A DNA stretch of 64,000 nt from Candidatus Multivoradales bacterium (GCA_965248055.1 CBDFIJ010000004.1:1472001-1536000), one strand, 5' to 3'; positions 46,508 through 57,288 are shown, counted from the first letter of the stretch. The notes: generated from the letters alone by a model not told the origin. Numbers and translations are program-made.

Positions 46508-47685
46508 CAGTCAATCCTTTCCACTAGGACAGCGGTCGCTTCACCGCCTCCGATGCAAATTGCGGCGATTCCCCGGCGTGCGTTTCGCTCCTGCATCGCA
46601 TGCAGCAGAGTCACCACAATACGTGCTCCAGATGCTCCAATTGGGTGACCAATAGCTACCGCGCCACCACGTACGTTGACGATACTGGGATCAATCGACA
46701 TCTCTTGGACAAATGCCATGGTCACCACGGCAAAGGCCTCGTTGACCTCCCAAAGGTCAATGTCCTCAGCCGTCAACCCTTGGCGGTCTAGCAACCGGCC
46801 GACTGCGGCAACCGGAGCGGTGGTGAACCACTCAGGTTCGTGCGCGTACGAGGCCTGGCCAGCCAACCTCGCTATCGGTGTCGCCCCCAACTCTCGTGCC
46901 CGCTGAGCGCTGGCAACGATTAACGCAGCGGCTCCGTCGTTTATTTTGCTTGCGTTAGCAGCGGTTACCGTCCCATCACTCTGAAATGCCGGACGCAACT
47001 GGGGCATCTTCTCCAACCGAACGCGCCCGGGCTCTTCATCAACTTCGACCACCGTGTCACCGCGTCGGGCCTGAATCGTCACCGGTACAATCTCGGAGCC
47101 CACGGTCCCTAGTTCCTGTGCTTCTAGCGCTCGCCGATAGCTCTCGCGAGCGAACTCGTCCTGCTGCTCCCTGGAAAACTGGTATTTCTCGGCGCACAGC
47201 TCGGCACAGTTACCCATGTGCTTGTAGCCGTAGGGATCCCACAGTCCGTCGTGAATCATCGAGTCAACCAACTTGCCGTGGCCAAGCCGCAATCCGTCTC
47301 TCGCTCCAAGCACCAAATAGGGAGCCTGGCTCATCGACTCCATCCCTCCGGCGACCGCAAGCTCAATGTCTTCGCAGCGAATGTCGTTGCCCGCCATCAT
47401 CAGGGCGCGCATCCCAGAACCGCAGACCTTGTTGACCGTTACCGCACCGACGCCGGATGGACAACCGGCCCCCAAAGCCGCCTGTCGAGCGGGAGCCTGT
47501 CCCAAACCGGCTGGAAGTACGCACCCCATGTACACCTGATCAAGTTGTCCTGACTCGATCCCGGTCCGCTCAATAGCACCAGCCACGGCTACCGAACCGA
47601 GTTGCGGCGCAGTGGCAGCGGAAAGAGCACCTTGAAACGCGCCGATCGGTGTTCGTGCGGCGCTGAGGATGACGACTTCTTGCAT
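46507..47685 (-). CDS. Acetyl-CoA C-acetyltransferase (thiolase)
   Basis: ARTPIG, NKVCGSG, NEAFA, GHPIGASG, CIGGG. Confidence 0.95.
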   Translation of the reverse strand: MQEVVILSAARTPIGAFQGALSAATAPQLGSVAVAGAIERTGIESGQLDQVYMGCVLPAGLGQAPARQAALGAGCPSGVGAVTVNKVCGSGMRALMMAGNDIRCEDIELAVAGGMESMSQAPYLVLGARDGLRLGHGKLVDSMIHDGLWDPYGYKHMGNCAELCAEKYQFSREQQDEFARESYRRALEAQELGTVGSEIVPVTIQARRGDTVVEVDEEPGRVRLEKMPQLRPAFQSDGTVTAANASKINDGAAALIVASAQRARELGATPIARLAGQASYAHEPEWFTTAPVAAVGRLLDRQGLTAEDIDLWEVNEAFAVVTMAFVQEMSIDPSIVNVRGGAVAIGHPIGASGARIVVTLLHAMQERNARRGIAAICIGGGEATAVLVERID

Positions 47686-47798
47686 GAAAAATAGCTGCCA
47701 GGATAGGCCTGTTAGGCGGCAAATCGTAGCACAGACGCTGCTTCCGGCGAGAGCCGCAAATCGCACCCAGAGCGACCGCTTCACGATATCCTCCCGAG

Positions 47799-48215
47799 GT
47801 GAAAAGTCTCGCCATTGACTTCGGAGAAAGGAAGATTGGCCTTGCGATCTCTGACCCAGAAGGTCGCGTCGCAGTCGCGGCGCCTGGAGTCCATCGAGAT
47901 AGCGATCGCCAGGCCATCGAAGCCATTCAGGATTTCGCAGTGAAGGAAAAAATCGAACGTATCGTTGTTGGCCTTCCGCTATCCGCAGATGGCGGCTCTG
48001 GTGCGGCAGTGAAGCGATTCCGGTCGTTTGCTAAGAAACTCAGACGGACGCTACAGCTTCCGGTTGAGTTTCGCAACGAAGCTTTGACCTCACTGGCTGC
48101 TGACCAGCTGATTGCGGCGCAACAACTCAAGACCGAGGAGAACGATTCGGTCGCCGCCATGATTCTGCTACAGGAGGTCCTCGACGAGGCTTCAAAAGGG
48201 GAACCCTCCCGATGA
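47799..48215 (+). CDS. ruvX: Holliday junction resolvase-like RuvX/YqgF
   Basis: LAIDFGERKIGLAISD, VVGLP, NEALTS, DSVAAMILLQ. Confidence 0.92.
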   Translation: MKSLAIDFGERKIGLAISDPEGRVAVAAPGVHRDSDRQAIEAIQDFAVKEKIERIVVGLPLSADGGSGAAVKRFRSFAKKLRRTLQLPVEFRNEALTSLAADQLIAAQQLKTEENDSVAAMILLQEVLDEASKGEPSR

Positions 48216-49273
48216 AGCGGTTTGTTTGGCTCCTGGTTTTCGGCTTGGTAGTGGTGATCGCAGCCGGTGGGATCTGGTTATGGATGGGCTGGACCAGCCT
48301 GCATCGGCCCGTCAGCCAAAGCGCATCTGCCGATTACACGGCTATTCAGGTGGAGATCCAGGCTGGAACTTCGGCGCGATCGATCATCGATCAACTGGCA
48401 ACTGCGGGAGCTTTGCCAAAAGCTCCGTTCCCCGAGCTGTTTTACCGCTTTGTTCTGGAGAGTCCACCGTTGCAAGCCGGGGAGTATTCAATCCCTTCCG
48501 GCACCACCGCCGTCGGCGTTTTCGAAAAGCTCACTTCAGGTGACGTAGTGACCCGCCCATTGGTGATCATCGAAGGGTTGACGGTGGCTGAGATCGCGAC
48601 CGCAGTAGAGCAACAGGGTTTCGGCTCGGCAGAAGAATTCCTTGCCGCCGCCACACCCGATTTGATTCAGCAATTAGACCCCGATGCCCCTGACTTGGAA
48701 GGCTACCTATTCCCCGATACCTACCAGTTCCCGCGCAGCGCAGGTGCTCTAGATATCGTGCAAACGATGATTCAGACCTTTGGCCAACGGACCCAATTGC
48801 TGCGTAGCCAACTCGACGGAGTTGGACTTCGAGACCTGGTGACTTTGGCCTCGATCGTCGAAAAAGAGACCCAAAACAACAGCGAACGTGCCTTGGTTGC
48901 CGGGGTCTATCGCAATCGATTGGATCAAGGAATTGGGCTGTACGCAGACCCAACCATCATCTTCGCCTTGAAAAAGAACGATACCTGGGATGGCAATCTG
49001 CGCAAGAGCGATTTGCAAATCGAGTCGCCCTACAACACCTATCGGGTGCACGGTTTACCCCCGGGACCGATTTGCTCCCCGGGACTCTTAAGTCTTGAAG
49101 CCGCGGCCCATCCTTCCCCACAGCCCTACTTGTACTTTGTTAGCCGCAATGACGGAACCCACGTCTTTGCTCGTACCTTGCGCGAGCACAATCGCAATGT
49201 AGCCACTTGGCAAAGGGAATATTGGCGCAAGAAGTGGCAGGAAAAACCGGCCACTGGACAGGCTGTGCGGTGA
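48212..49273 (+). CDS. mltG: Endolytic transglycosylase MltG
   Basis: LEGYLFPDTY, LASIVEKE, SPYNTY..GLPPGPI, LYFV. Confidence 0.95.
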   Translation: MKRFVWLLVFGLVVVIAAGGIWLWMGWTSLHRPVSQSASADYTAIQVEIQAGTSARSIIDQLATAGALPKAPFPELFYRFVLESPPLQAGEYSIPSGTTAVGVFEKLTSGDVVTRPLVIIEGLTVAEIATAVEQQGFGSAEEFLAAATPDLIQQLDPDAPDLEGYLFPDTYQFPRSAGALDIVQTMIQTFGQRTQLLRSQLDGVGLRDLVTLASIVEKETQNNSERALVAGVYRNRLDQGIGLYADPTIIFALKKNDTWDGNLRKSDLQIESPYNTYRVHGLPPGPICSPGLLSLEAAAHPSPQPYLYFVSRNDGTHVFARTLREHNRNVATWQREYWRKKWQEKPATGQAVR

Positions 49274-49362
49274 TCGCATTTATTGACATCCTGACGCCTC
49301 GACGGTAAAGCTATCGTGCTGTCCGACGGAGAATTTGCCTGACAAACGCTGAGGAGCGCATT

Positions 49363-51372
49363 ATGGACGAACAACAATTTGGTCGGTATTCGCTGCTGCG
49401 GCGACTCAGCCAGGATGCTTTTGGCTCGTTGTATCGCGCTGGGCTGGTGGCAAACGGAGGCGTCGCCGAGTTGGTCTTACTACGCACCTTCGACGTTCCT
49501 TCGTCAGATCAGGATGAAATCCGGCAACGGCTCGCAAACGCTGTTGCCGGCCCCGGTACCCCTAGTCTGCCAGCCGCGACCGATCGCGGAGTGATTGACG
49601 GAACCGCGTTTCTTACCTATCCATACACCTCCGGACGCACGATGCGAGACCTACTTCAGGAATTGGAGCGGCGTGGCACTGCCTTGCCGGTGGAGCACTG
49701 TTTGTTTCTGGTTGACAGCATCTGTAAGACCGGTGAAGCGTATGCGCGCGCGGTGGGATCCTCAGGGGTGGTTTTTCCTGAAACGGTCTATCTGTCTAAC
49801 GACGGCGACATCCAAATCCTGGGCCGTGAACTTGCTGGGGAGACGATTACCTCACTGGCAAGCTCGATGGGACTCAGCGACTACCTAACTCCTGAGGCGG
49901 CGACAAGCGGAGTCAACGACGACGTCTACGCAATATCTGCGCTACTGCATGAAATGGCGGGAGAGAACGCCCCGAGCGAGGTACTAGATCTGGTGGCACA
50001 GGGCCACCAAAGCGCCGCAGATCAACGTCCCTCTTTAGAGACCTGGCGAATCAACCTGGAACAAGTCATGTTCTCGATGCCCGAGTCGTCTTCGGCTTTC
50101 AACGTCGCATTCTTTCTCTATGGCCTGCTAATCAATGAGATTGAGGAAGACACGCGGCGCATCGAGACGGAAAAAATATCCCTGGGGGCACAACCCGCTA
50201 GCGCAACCGCGGGCGCTGTCGACCCAGTCGTCAGTAGCCCGGCGTCTGCACACGTGGTAACAGTAGGGTCGGCCAAAAAGCGTTCAGGATTGCCGATGCC
50301 GCTGATTCTGGCTGCGGGCGTAGTAGCCCTGGCATTGCTGGGCTACTTTGGTTGGTCGATGTTTGGTCCAAACAGCCAAGACTCAGCCGATCAAACCCAA
50401 TCTGCTGCCGTTGATCCGCTCCTGAAAGTTGAAACCGGTGTCGGCGTAACGCCGCAGATCAACGACGCAAACCCGACGGAAGTCGGCGCTGAAATTGTCG
50501 CTGTCGATGAAGAATCCGGGGATCAAGGATCTTCGTCCGCAAATCCTGAAAACGAAGCTTCGGGCCCGCAACCAGGCACTGGCACGGTAGGCACCAGCGC
50601 AGATTCGTCGGCTCCGACCAATGCCAACCAGCCGGCACTCAGCCAGCCAGTGGTGTCCACCCCGGCCACCACCAGAGGTCCTGGCAGTGGGGTGCTGATG
50701 AGCAGCCCACAACGGTACACGAAAGCAGCCAGTGCCAGCGGTGCTCTCGGCCAAGATCTTCCCGAACCCCCGCCTTCCGACGCCGAATTGGAGACACAGA
50801 TTCAACAGTTGGCGGCAGCCAAGTCTGCTGAAGTAGAAGCCAGTATCCGCAAAGAGTACGAATCGGACCTTGAGGAACTAGAAAAGAGACTGCAAGAGGC
50901 GCAAGAGACACAAAAACGGCAAGAAGAAGAGAGACTGGCCCAAGTCGCGGCTGACGAAGAAAAGAAGCGTCTCGCCGCCGAGGCAGAGACCGCGCGCAAA
51001 GCTCAAGAAGAAAAAGCTGCTGCTGAAGCGGCGTCCGCTGCTGCCGCGGTCGAGTTGGCCAAAGCAAAACTGGGCGATCTGGTGACCGACGGGCCAGGCG
51101 TGACCCCAGCGACCATGACCAAGCGGCCAGAGCCAGTGTTTCCTCGCATGGCGCAACGGCTAGGACGGGCAGCGACCGTCAACGTGCGAATCCTGGTGGA
51201 TGAAAACGGCAGGGTGGCGGACACGCAGCTGATAAGCGAAAAAGCTGGTTTCGGATTTGACGAAGCGGCGCTCGCGGCAGCAAAAAAGACCGAGTGGAAG
51301 CCAGCCTCGAAAGACGGCGTCAACGTCAAGATATGGCGTACCGTACGTATCGTTTTTGATCCGGCGAACTGA
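49363..51372 (+). CDS. Pseudokinase-TM-coiled coil-TonB C-terminal fusion protein
   Basis: Kinase-like start FGRYSLLRRL..FGSLYRA, DYLTPE, DVYAI. Single TM. TonB_C domain PEPVFP..VRILVDENGRV..GFDEAAL..WKPA. Confidence 0.75.
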   Translation: MDEQQFGRYSLLRRLSQDAFGSLYRAGLVANGGVAELVLLRTFDVPSSDQDEIRQRLANAVAGPGTPSLPAATDRGVIDGTAFLTYPYTSGRTMRDLLQELERRGTALPVEHCLFLVDSICKTGEAYARAVGSSGVVFPETVYLSNDGDIQILGRELAGETITSLASSMGLSDYLTPEAATSGVNDDVYAISALLHEMAGENAPSEVLDLVAQGHQSAADQRPSLETWRINLEQVMFSMPESSSAFNVAFFLYGLLINEIEEDTRRIETEKISLGAQPASATAGAVDPVVSSPASAHVVTVGSAKKRSGLPMPLILAAGVVALALLGYFGWSMFGPNSQDSADQTQSAAVDPLLKVETGVGVTPQINDANPTEVGAEIVAVDEESGDQGSSSANPENEASGPQPGTGTVGTSADSSAPTNANQPALSQPVVSTPATTRGPGSGVLMSSPQRYTKAASASGALGQDLPEPPPSDAELETQIQQLAAAKSAEVEASIRKEYESDLEELEKRLQEAQETQKRQEEERLAQVAADEEKKRLAAEAETARKAQEEKAAAEAASAAAAVELAKAKLGDLVTDGPGVTPATMTKRPEPVFPRMAQRLGRAATVNVRILVDENGRVADTQLISEKAGFGFDEAALAAAKKTEWKPASKDGVNVKIWRTVRIVFDPAN

Positions 51373-51443
51373 GCACCTCTGCAGCAGACTCCGGCATTCC
51401 TTGCTATTCTAAGGGATAGGTTTTCGCAGTATAAGGAGATGGT

Positions 51444-52154
51444 ATGACCCAGACGCTAAAGATTTCGATCCTTTCTCTCGTCCTTCTGACTGGCCTCGCC
51501 GGGAGCCTTGCGGCCCAACCGACGATCGCCGTCGCTGACTTCACCAATCAGGTTGGCAACCTTTACTGGTGGCGAGGCAGTGTCGGTTCAGATCTCGCCT
51601 CCATGGTGACCAATGAATTGGCGGCACTGGGCAGTTTTAAGGTCGTCGAGCGTTCGCGCGTCGATGCGGTACTTGATGAGCAAGATCTAGCTGCCGCCGG
51701 ACTCGTGGACCCCTCCACCGGAGCCCAAATTGGCCGTATGACCGGGGCTGACTACGTGGTCTTGGGCACGGTGTCCGCCTACGAGGAAACCTCGAAGAAG
51801 GGCGGCGGGCTGGGCTACAAAGGGATCCGGGTTGGCGGCAAGAAATCGGAGACCTACGTCGCGGTGGATTTGCGAGTTGTCGACACCACCAGTAGTGAGG
51901 TCTCCTACATTCGTACGGTCGAAGGCACCACCTCCTCGCGAGGACTCAGTGTTGGCGGTTATCGCTCTGGCTTGTCCGGTTCTTTGGCCACCGAGTCGAA
52001 TACTCCGGCGGGCAAGGCGATCCGAGCAGCAATCATTGAGATTACCGACTACCTTGAGTGCGCCATGGTGCTTCAGGATAGTTGCCTGAACGAGTACCAA
52101 GCCAAAGAGCGTAAGCGTCGCGACTCAGCCAAAGGCAAACTCAAACTCGACTGA
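51444..52154 (+). CDS. CsgG/HfaB family protein
   Basis: IAVADF, FKVVERSRVDAVLDEQ, GADYVVLG, VDLRVVD. Confidence 0.85.
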   Translation: MTQTLKISILSLVLLTGLAGSLAAQPTIAVADFTNQVGNLYWWRGSVGSDLASMVTNELAALGSFKVVERSRVDAVLDEQDLAAAGLVDPSTGAQIGRMTGADYVVLGTVSAYEETSKKGGGLGYKGIRVGGKKSETYVAVDLRVVDTTSSEVSYIRTVEGTTSSRGLSVGGYRSGLSGSLATESNTPAGKAIRAAIIEITDYLECAMVLQDSCLNEYQAKERKRRDSAKGKLKLD

Positions 52155-52183
52155 CCGGAGCGAACCTCGCTGGGTGAGTTGAT

Positions 52184-52897
52184 GTGATTGTTGCCGAGAT
52201 AGGCGATCGCATCCGTGTCGTTACCCAAAATGACCACGCGGCGCTAGCCGCAGATCTTCTGGGTCTGTGGCGTTATGGAGGGATTGCAGACCATCCTCTG
52301 CGTCAAGAAGTCCTTTGGGCGACCCGCGAACACGACAACGGCTGGCGCGAATCAGACGCCTCGCCGCTACCCAGGACTGATTTTGGGATTGTGGATTTTC
52401 GTGGGATTCCCGACCCGCTGAGGCAAGAAATATGGCTGCGTGGAACGGCACGCTCCATCGAGCAGAATTCGTTGGCTGGCGCATTGATCGCCCAGCACAA
52501 CCTGGATCTCCACGCCGAGCAACGCAACGATCCCGGCTGGGGAGAGTTTTTCTCCGAGCTCGATGATTGGGTTCTAGAACTAGAACAAGACAACGAGCGC
52601 CTCGGCGAAATTCGCAACCTCTACCCTCATCTGCAACGAGCCGATAGTCTCTCTCTTGCCCTGTGCCAGAGCCAAGAGTTCATTTCCCTGCCCGGTGGAT
52701 ACACCGCTCAGAAAATGCTTGCCAGTGATTCAGAAACCGAAGTCTTTCGTGTCAACCCGTTCCCTTTTGCGGGAGCAACACGGTTCCGCGTCGCAGCGAG
52801 ATGGATGGAAAACCAATACTGGCAGTCGTCAACAGATCTGGTGTCGACGCTCACGCGGTGCCGCTGGAAAACCCAACAATTCCTACTGCAACCTTGA
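52184..52897 (+). CDS. DUF3891 family protein
   Basis: VTQNDHAALA, EHDNGW, LQRADSLSLALC. Confidence 0.8.
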   Translation: MIVAEIGDRIRVVTQNDHAALAADLLGLWRYGGIADHPLRQEVLWATREHDNGWRESDASPLPRTDFGIVDFRGIPDPLRQEIWLRGTARSIEQNSLAGALIAQHNLDLHAEQRNDPGWGEFFSELDDWVLELEQDNERLGEIRNLYPHLQRADSLSLALCQSQEFISLPGGYTAQKMLASDSETEVFRVNPFPFAGATRFRVAARWMENQYWQSSTDLVSTLTRCRWKTQQFLLQP

Positions 52898-52922
52898 CCC
52901 AGGCTCATGCTAGCCTAGCCCG

Positions 52923-53471
52923 ATGTCCGACTTGCCCACACAAGAACTCATGCAAGTGATGATTCCGTCTCCGTTTGGCGCCCTAGGCGTTTCCTTTCGA
53001 GGCCAAACAGTGATCCAGTTGGAGATTGCTCCCAAGGGTGGACGGCACAAGATCTACACGCCATTTTCAGAATTCAGTCGCTCGGAATTTGTTGAAGACT
53101 CGGTTGGGGCGCTGTCTGAGTTTCTTGCCGGAGCGAGGCGCGAAGTCGGTCTTGATTTCTCGCTCGACGAGCAACCCTTGGATTCGTTTGCCCGTAGGGT
53201 CTTTCGTGAGGTCAGCAAGATTCGCTATGGAGACACCAAGACCTACCAACAGGTTGCCCGGCGAGCCGGTCGTGATGACGCCTACCGATTGGTACTTTCG
53301 ATCCTGGTGCAGAACCCAATTCCGCTACTGATCCCTTGTCACCGTGTGGTGACCAACAAAGGCGGCGCCGGCAGCTACGTGGGCGGCAGTCAGCGCAAAA
53401 GTTGGCTGCTCAAGATGGAACGAGCAGCGGTTGATTCTTTAGCGCTCACTCGGAACGCAGATCGATCTTAA
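52923..53471 (+). CDS. ogt: Methylated-DNA-protein-cysteine methyltransferase
   Basis: IRYGDTKTYQQVA, NPIPLLIPCHRVV. Confidence 0.9.
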   Translation: MSDLPTQELMQVMIPSPFGALGVSFRGQTVIQLEIAPKGGRHKIYTPFSEFSRSEFVEDSVGALSEFLAGARREVGLDFSLDEQPLDSFARRVFREVSKIRYGDTKTYQQVARRAGRDDAYRLVLSILVQNPIPLLIPCHRVVTNKGGAGSYVGGSQRKSWLLKMERAAVDSLALTRNADRS

Positions 53472-54297
53472 GCACCAACTCTTCCGCTGATTCTGCTTCA
53501 AAGTCGATTTCCGCCTCCAGGTAGCCTGGCCGAACCGCGCTCAAGGTGTGAGCACCTGGGCTGACCAAAATACCGGCATGCAGTCGGGTTAGGTCAGCCA
53601 CCGTTCCCAAAAATCGACCATCTAGATAGACCGACGCGTCTTCAGGGGTCACCTCAACGCTCAAACGAGCTGACTCGTCTCGTGCGTCCAAAGCATCCTC
53701 CACTTGGGCCGTATTGCGAGAGGGCCGTGCCTCCTCCCTGACGCGTGGAATATCCCGAGGGCGCTCATCACGATCAGCAACGCGGTGCGCTGGGCGGGTG
53801 GGCTTGGGTTCCACCGCCTGGAAGAGTTCCGCTGCCGGCTGACTGTCCCCGGACTGCATCTCCAAGCGGATATCCGTGAGCGTTCCCTCACGTACTTCGA
53901 CTATTTTGGCGATCGTTAGATAACCCTCGTACTCCAGAACAATTTGGTGCTGTCCTTGGTCCAACCAAAGATAGCCGGGAAATCCGTCAAAGCGACCAGC
54001 GTTGCCAGCTAGCTCCCCATCAACATAGACCGCAGCCTTCTTGGGGCGAACTTTGAGATTGATTGCACCAACGTCACGAATTGACAACGCCGGACGCGGA
54101 TACGCCTGTCCACCGTAATAGCCGCCATAGGCCCACGGCCCCCAATACCCCCAAGAAAAGGGATAGACATGAAAACTCACATGGGACCGGCGATGTCCTC
54201 GGTAGTGTCTCGATCCTGCCTCCAAGGGAGCCAGTCCAAATATCAGTACCACCAGTCCAAGAATCCAAATAGTGTTGATCTTGTTTCGCATGGTCAA
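53446..54297 (-). CDS. PEGA domain-containing secreted protein
   Basis: VRPKKAAVYVDG, VTPEDASVYLDG. Signal peptide. Confidence 0.82.
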   Translation of the reverse strand: MTMRNKINTIWILGLVVLIFGLAPLEAGSRHYRGHRRSHVSFHVYPFSWGYWGPWAYGGYYGGQAYPRPALSIRDVGAINLKVRPKKAAVYVDGELAGNAGRFDGFPGYLWLDQGQHQIVLEYEGYLTIAKIVEVREGTLTDIRLEMQSGDSQPAAELFQAVEPKPTRPAHRVADRDERPRDIPRVREEARPSRNTAQVEDALDARDESARLSVEVTPEDASVYLDGRFLGTVADLTRLHAGILVSPGAHTLSAVRPGYLEAEIDFEAESAEELVLKIDLRSE

Positions 54298-54469
54298 CCT
54301 CCAGAAGCCTGAGATTGCAAACCCTAGGCCAGGGACAACAGCCGAACCAAGCCATCGTTCAAAGACAGCCTCTGTGCCGAGAAAAGGCTGAATCTAGTTG
54401 GATTCTCTCAGCCGGGGACCGGATCGTGATCGAGTTAGATACCGCTACAGGATCGGGACGCTTATGACC

Positions 54470-55459
54470 TCATTCTGAGACGATCTCAATCCCGTCTTCT
54501 TGGGGCGCAGCTTCAAGATGTTGTCCGCCAAGCTCCACCAAAGCTTCGACAATCGCTGAACGCCGCTGTTCAGGAGCCAGGAAAAAGACACACCCGCCTC
54601 CGCCAGCACCACCTGCTTTACCGCCATAGGCACCCAAGTCGCCAGCTTTGGCAATCAACTGATCCAAGAGCGGTGTCGTGACCCCTTCGGCCAAGGTTTT
54701 TCGCTGCTCCCATTCTTCGCCGACCAGAGAACCGACGGTGGCAAAATCCCCGGTCTCCAGCGGTTCGACGATTTCCTCGGCAATCTCGGCGATCCGCTGA
54801 AATCTCTCCACCGTCTCTTGGTCACCCTCCATCCGGCGACGGAACACCCCCCAGTTAGTTTCGGCGGAAATATGACTTTGGCCACTAAAGAAAACCAGCA
54901 GGCGACGCCCCAGGGCCTCCAGGTCGACGTTTAGGGTCTGTACCGCCTCACCGCCCAGGTCGTGGCTGATGCGCAGGGCACCGCCCAGCATCGGCGGGTA
55001 GTGGTCCTGACATCCAGTCGGCAACCCCATCAATCGAGCCTCAGCGTCGCGCGCCAAGGCGACGATCCGCGAAGCCGTACGCTCGCGTCCAAATAAATGA
55101 TCCACCGCAGCGATAGTGGCGACAGACAATGCCGAGCTAGCGCCCAGTCCCGCTCCGCGTGGCGATTGTGAACGCGCAGCCAAGCGTAGCGGTGGAGCTT
55201 TCAGCTCGGACAGCAGCAAAGTGAAAAGACGGATTTCCGCAATCTCCGAGAGCTGCTCCAGATCCGAGCGCACCAAGCGCTGTTCTCCAATCTGGATCTC
55301 GTAGCCCGCTGAGCGCAACTCTGCCTCAACCTCGACTGCGACATCAATGGCTAAGTTGACCGTGGAGGCGCCAGGATGGAGAGCACCGATTGGCCATACG
55401 TCCAAAGTACCGCCGGCCAAGTCAAGCCGACAGCCGGTTCTCACCACCACACGCCGCAT
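54470..55459 (-). CDS. GHMP family sugar kinase (heptose-7-phosphate kinase-like)
   Basis: RLDLAGGTLD, PRGAGLGASS, GCQDHY, GAGGGG. Confidence 0.88.
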   Translation of the reverse strand: MRRVVVRTGCRLDLAGGTLDVWPIGALHPGASTVNLAIDVAVEVEAELRSAGYEIQIGEQRLVRSDLEQLSEIAEIRLFTLLLSELKAPPLRLAARSQSPRGAGLGASSALSVATIAAVDHLFGRERTASRIVALARDAEARLMGLPTGCQDHYPPMLGGALRISHDLGGEAVQTLNVDLEALGRRLLVFFSGQSHISAETNWGVFRRRMEGDQETVERFQRIAEIAEEIVEPLETGDFATVGSLVGEEWEQRKTLAEGVTTPLLDQLIAKAGDLGAYGGKAGGAGGGGCVFFLAPEQRRSAIVEALVELGGQHLEAAPQEDGIEIVSE

Positions 55460-55466
55460 TTTTGAA

Positions 55467-56765
55467 CTAACTCGCCGGCTCGCTGGAACTAGTGGGAGTC
55501 ATTAAAGCGGCAAGCTGGCTGTCCACCTGGCCACTCGACAGCGCACGGTCGATCACTTTTCGCCAAACCAGAAACTGATCGTGCTCTGCGAGTGGAATCG
55601 GATCAGCTGGGACGTTATTGAGAGACAATGGATTTATCCACCGACCGTTGTACTCCACTCGATAATCCAGGTGTGGCCCGGTCGCGAGTCCACTGGAGCC
55701 TACGTAGCCAATGGTTTGGCCTTGCGCGACGCGTGCCCCCCGACGAACTCCTTTGCCGTAACCCGACAAGTGGAGATAAGCGGTTTGGTAGCCACTGGTA
55801 TGGCGAACTTTGACCATCCGGCCAGCGCCACCGTTCCGGCCAGCAGAGACCACGGTGCCATTGGCCGTAACCCGAACCGCAGTTCCTCTTGGAGCGCCGT
55901 AGTCGACTCCGTAGTGGGGTCGATTGCGCTTAAGCACCGGATGAAAGCGACGCCTGGAGAAGCGCGAAGTGATACGCGAGTATTGCATCGGCGAACGAAG
56001 AAACATCTTTTGTAGTGGTCGGCCTTCTTGGTCGTAGTAGCCGGATTCGTCACCGTAACGATAACCCCGTAGCTCTCGATTACCGCCCCGATACACCGCC
56101 GCAACCACATCGCCGAGACCTCGATACTCTCCATCTAGGTAGACGCGCTCAAAAACCACTTCAAACTCGTCTCCCACTCGAAGATCTCGCGAAAAATCTA
56201 GGTCCCACTGAAAGACATCGGCCATTTTGTAAGCCAACATGCCCTCCGCTCCAGCGTCGCGCACATCTTGCTCCAGCGAACTGTCCAGGTGTCCCTGGAT
56301 AGCCACCAGTTCTGTCAAACGCTCGAACTCACGGTAGGACTCAGACCAACCGTCATGGCTGCGAATCATCGCCAACTCACCGCGACCATCAACCCCAAGG
56401 TCGAATCGAGCTAACTGCCCGTTGGCGAAATGAGGTCGATAAGTATTTCCGGGACGAAGTTTGCGAAGATCGACTCTTGAGGAGGCCAATCCGACCAGCT
56501 GTCGGCGATCTGCGTCGTTAAGGCCCAGCGATTCAAAGACTTCTCCCAGCGTCTGCCCCTCTTGGATACGGTAAGGCACCAAAGTAGTCGAGGTAAGGAG
56601 CCCCGACGGAACTGCATCATCTGGGTGGGCGGCCAATCCATTGCTATAACGAGTCGCCAGATTGGTCTGAAATGCCGGGGGCGAGAACTCCGTAAGGTTC
56701 AGCCACAGCCCACCAGCAACGGCTGCTCCGTAGATTACAAACAGAACTTTCTTAGGGTGCTGCAT
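55467..56765 (-). CDS. M23 family peptidoglycan DD-metalloendopeptidase (MepM-like)
   Basis: HPVLK..HYGVDY, YLHL, GLATGPHLDY. Confidence 0.92.
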   Translation of the reverse strand: MQHPKKVLFVIYGAAVAGGLWLNLTEFSPPAFQTNLATRYSNGLAAHPDDAVPSGLLTSTTLVPYRIQEGQTLGEVFESLGLNDADRRQLVGLASSRVDLRKLRPGNTYRPHFANGQLARFDLGVDGRGELAMIRSHDGWSESYREFERLTELVAIQGHLDSSLEQDVRDAGAEGMLAYKMADVFQWDLDFSRDLRVGDEFEVVFERVYLDGEYRGLGDVVAAVYRGGNRELRGYRYGDESGYYDQEGRPLQKMFLRSPMQYSRITSRFSRRRFHPVLKRNRPHYGVDYGAPRGTAVRVTANGTVVSAGRNGGAGRMVKVRHTSGYQTAYLHLSGYGKGVRRGARVAQGQTIGYVGSSGLATGPHLDYRVEYNGRWINPLSLNNVPADPIPLAEHDQFLVWRKVIDRALSSGQVDSQLAALMTPTSSSEPAS

Positions 56766-56813
56766 CCACTCATTGCTCCAAACCAGCCTACAGTCGGGTA
56801 CTATCCGATCGTT

Positions 56814-57278
56814 CTAGTCAAGGGTGTGGGCGATAAGCCCACTGGAATCGAGCTGCAGCTTACCGCGAAAAACCACTTCACCGTCACGGTAAATCAATAA
56901 TCCAGGAAGGGAAGTCATGGTGTGTTGCTTGGAAAACGAACCGTCTTCATCAAGATAGGTATCCGCATTGAGACTGTCCCCGACAAAATCTTGCGCCGTT
57001 TCCTGGTCCTCCTGGAAATTGACGGTGATCACTCGTGCCCGGTCTCCCCATTCTTCGACGATGGCGTTGGTTCGCTCGGCAATATCCCGACAGCGAGGCG
57101 ACCAACCGGCCCAAAACACAACAATCACCGCCCCACTCTCCAAGTCTCCGGGCTCCAAAGCGCGGCCGCCGTTGAGCGCCTCAAGGCGGAACGAATCTCC
57201 GTCCGCTGCGGTCGCGGGAAGCGCCACCAACAAACCCAGAACTAGGGTCATGACCAACAAACTTACTGATAATTTCAT
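56814..57278 (-). CDS. Secreted TlpA-like redoxin with SxxC motif
   Basis: VVFWAGWSPRC, cis-Pro motif SLPG. Signal peptide. Confidence 0.8.
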   Translation of the reverse strand: MKLSVSLLVMTLVLGLLVALPATAADGDSFRLEALNGGRALEPGDLESGAVIVVFWAGWSPRCRDIAERTNAIVEEWGDRARVITVNFQEDQETAQDFVGDSLNADTYLDEDGSFSKQHTMTSLPGLLIYRDGEVVFRGKLQLDSSGLIAHTLD

Positions 57279-57288
57279 CTCAATACCC

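Noticed and set aside
57090-57115. Selenocysteine in the redoxin active site
   Set aside because: The codon is TCG (Ser), not TGA.
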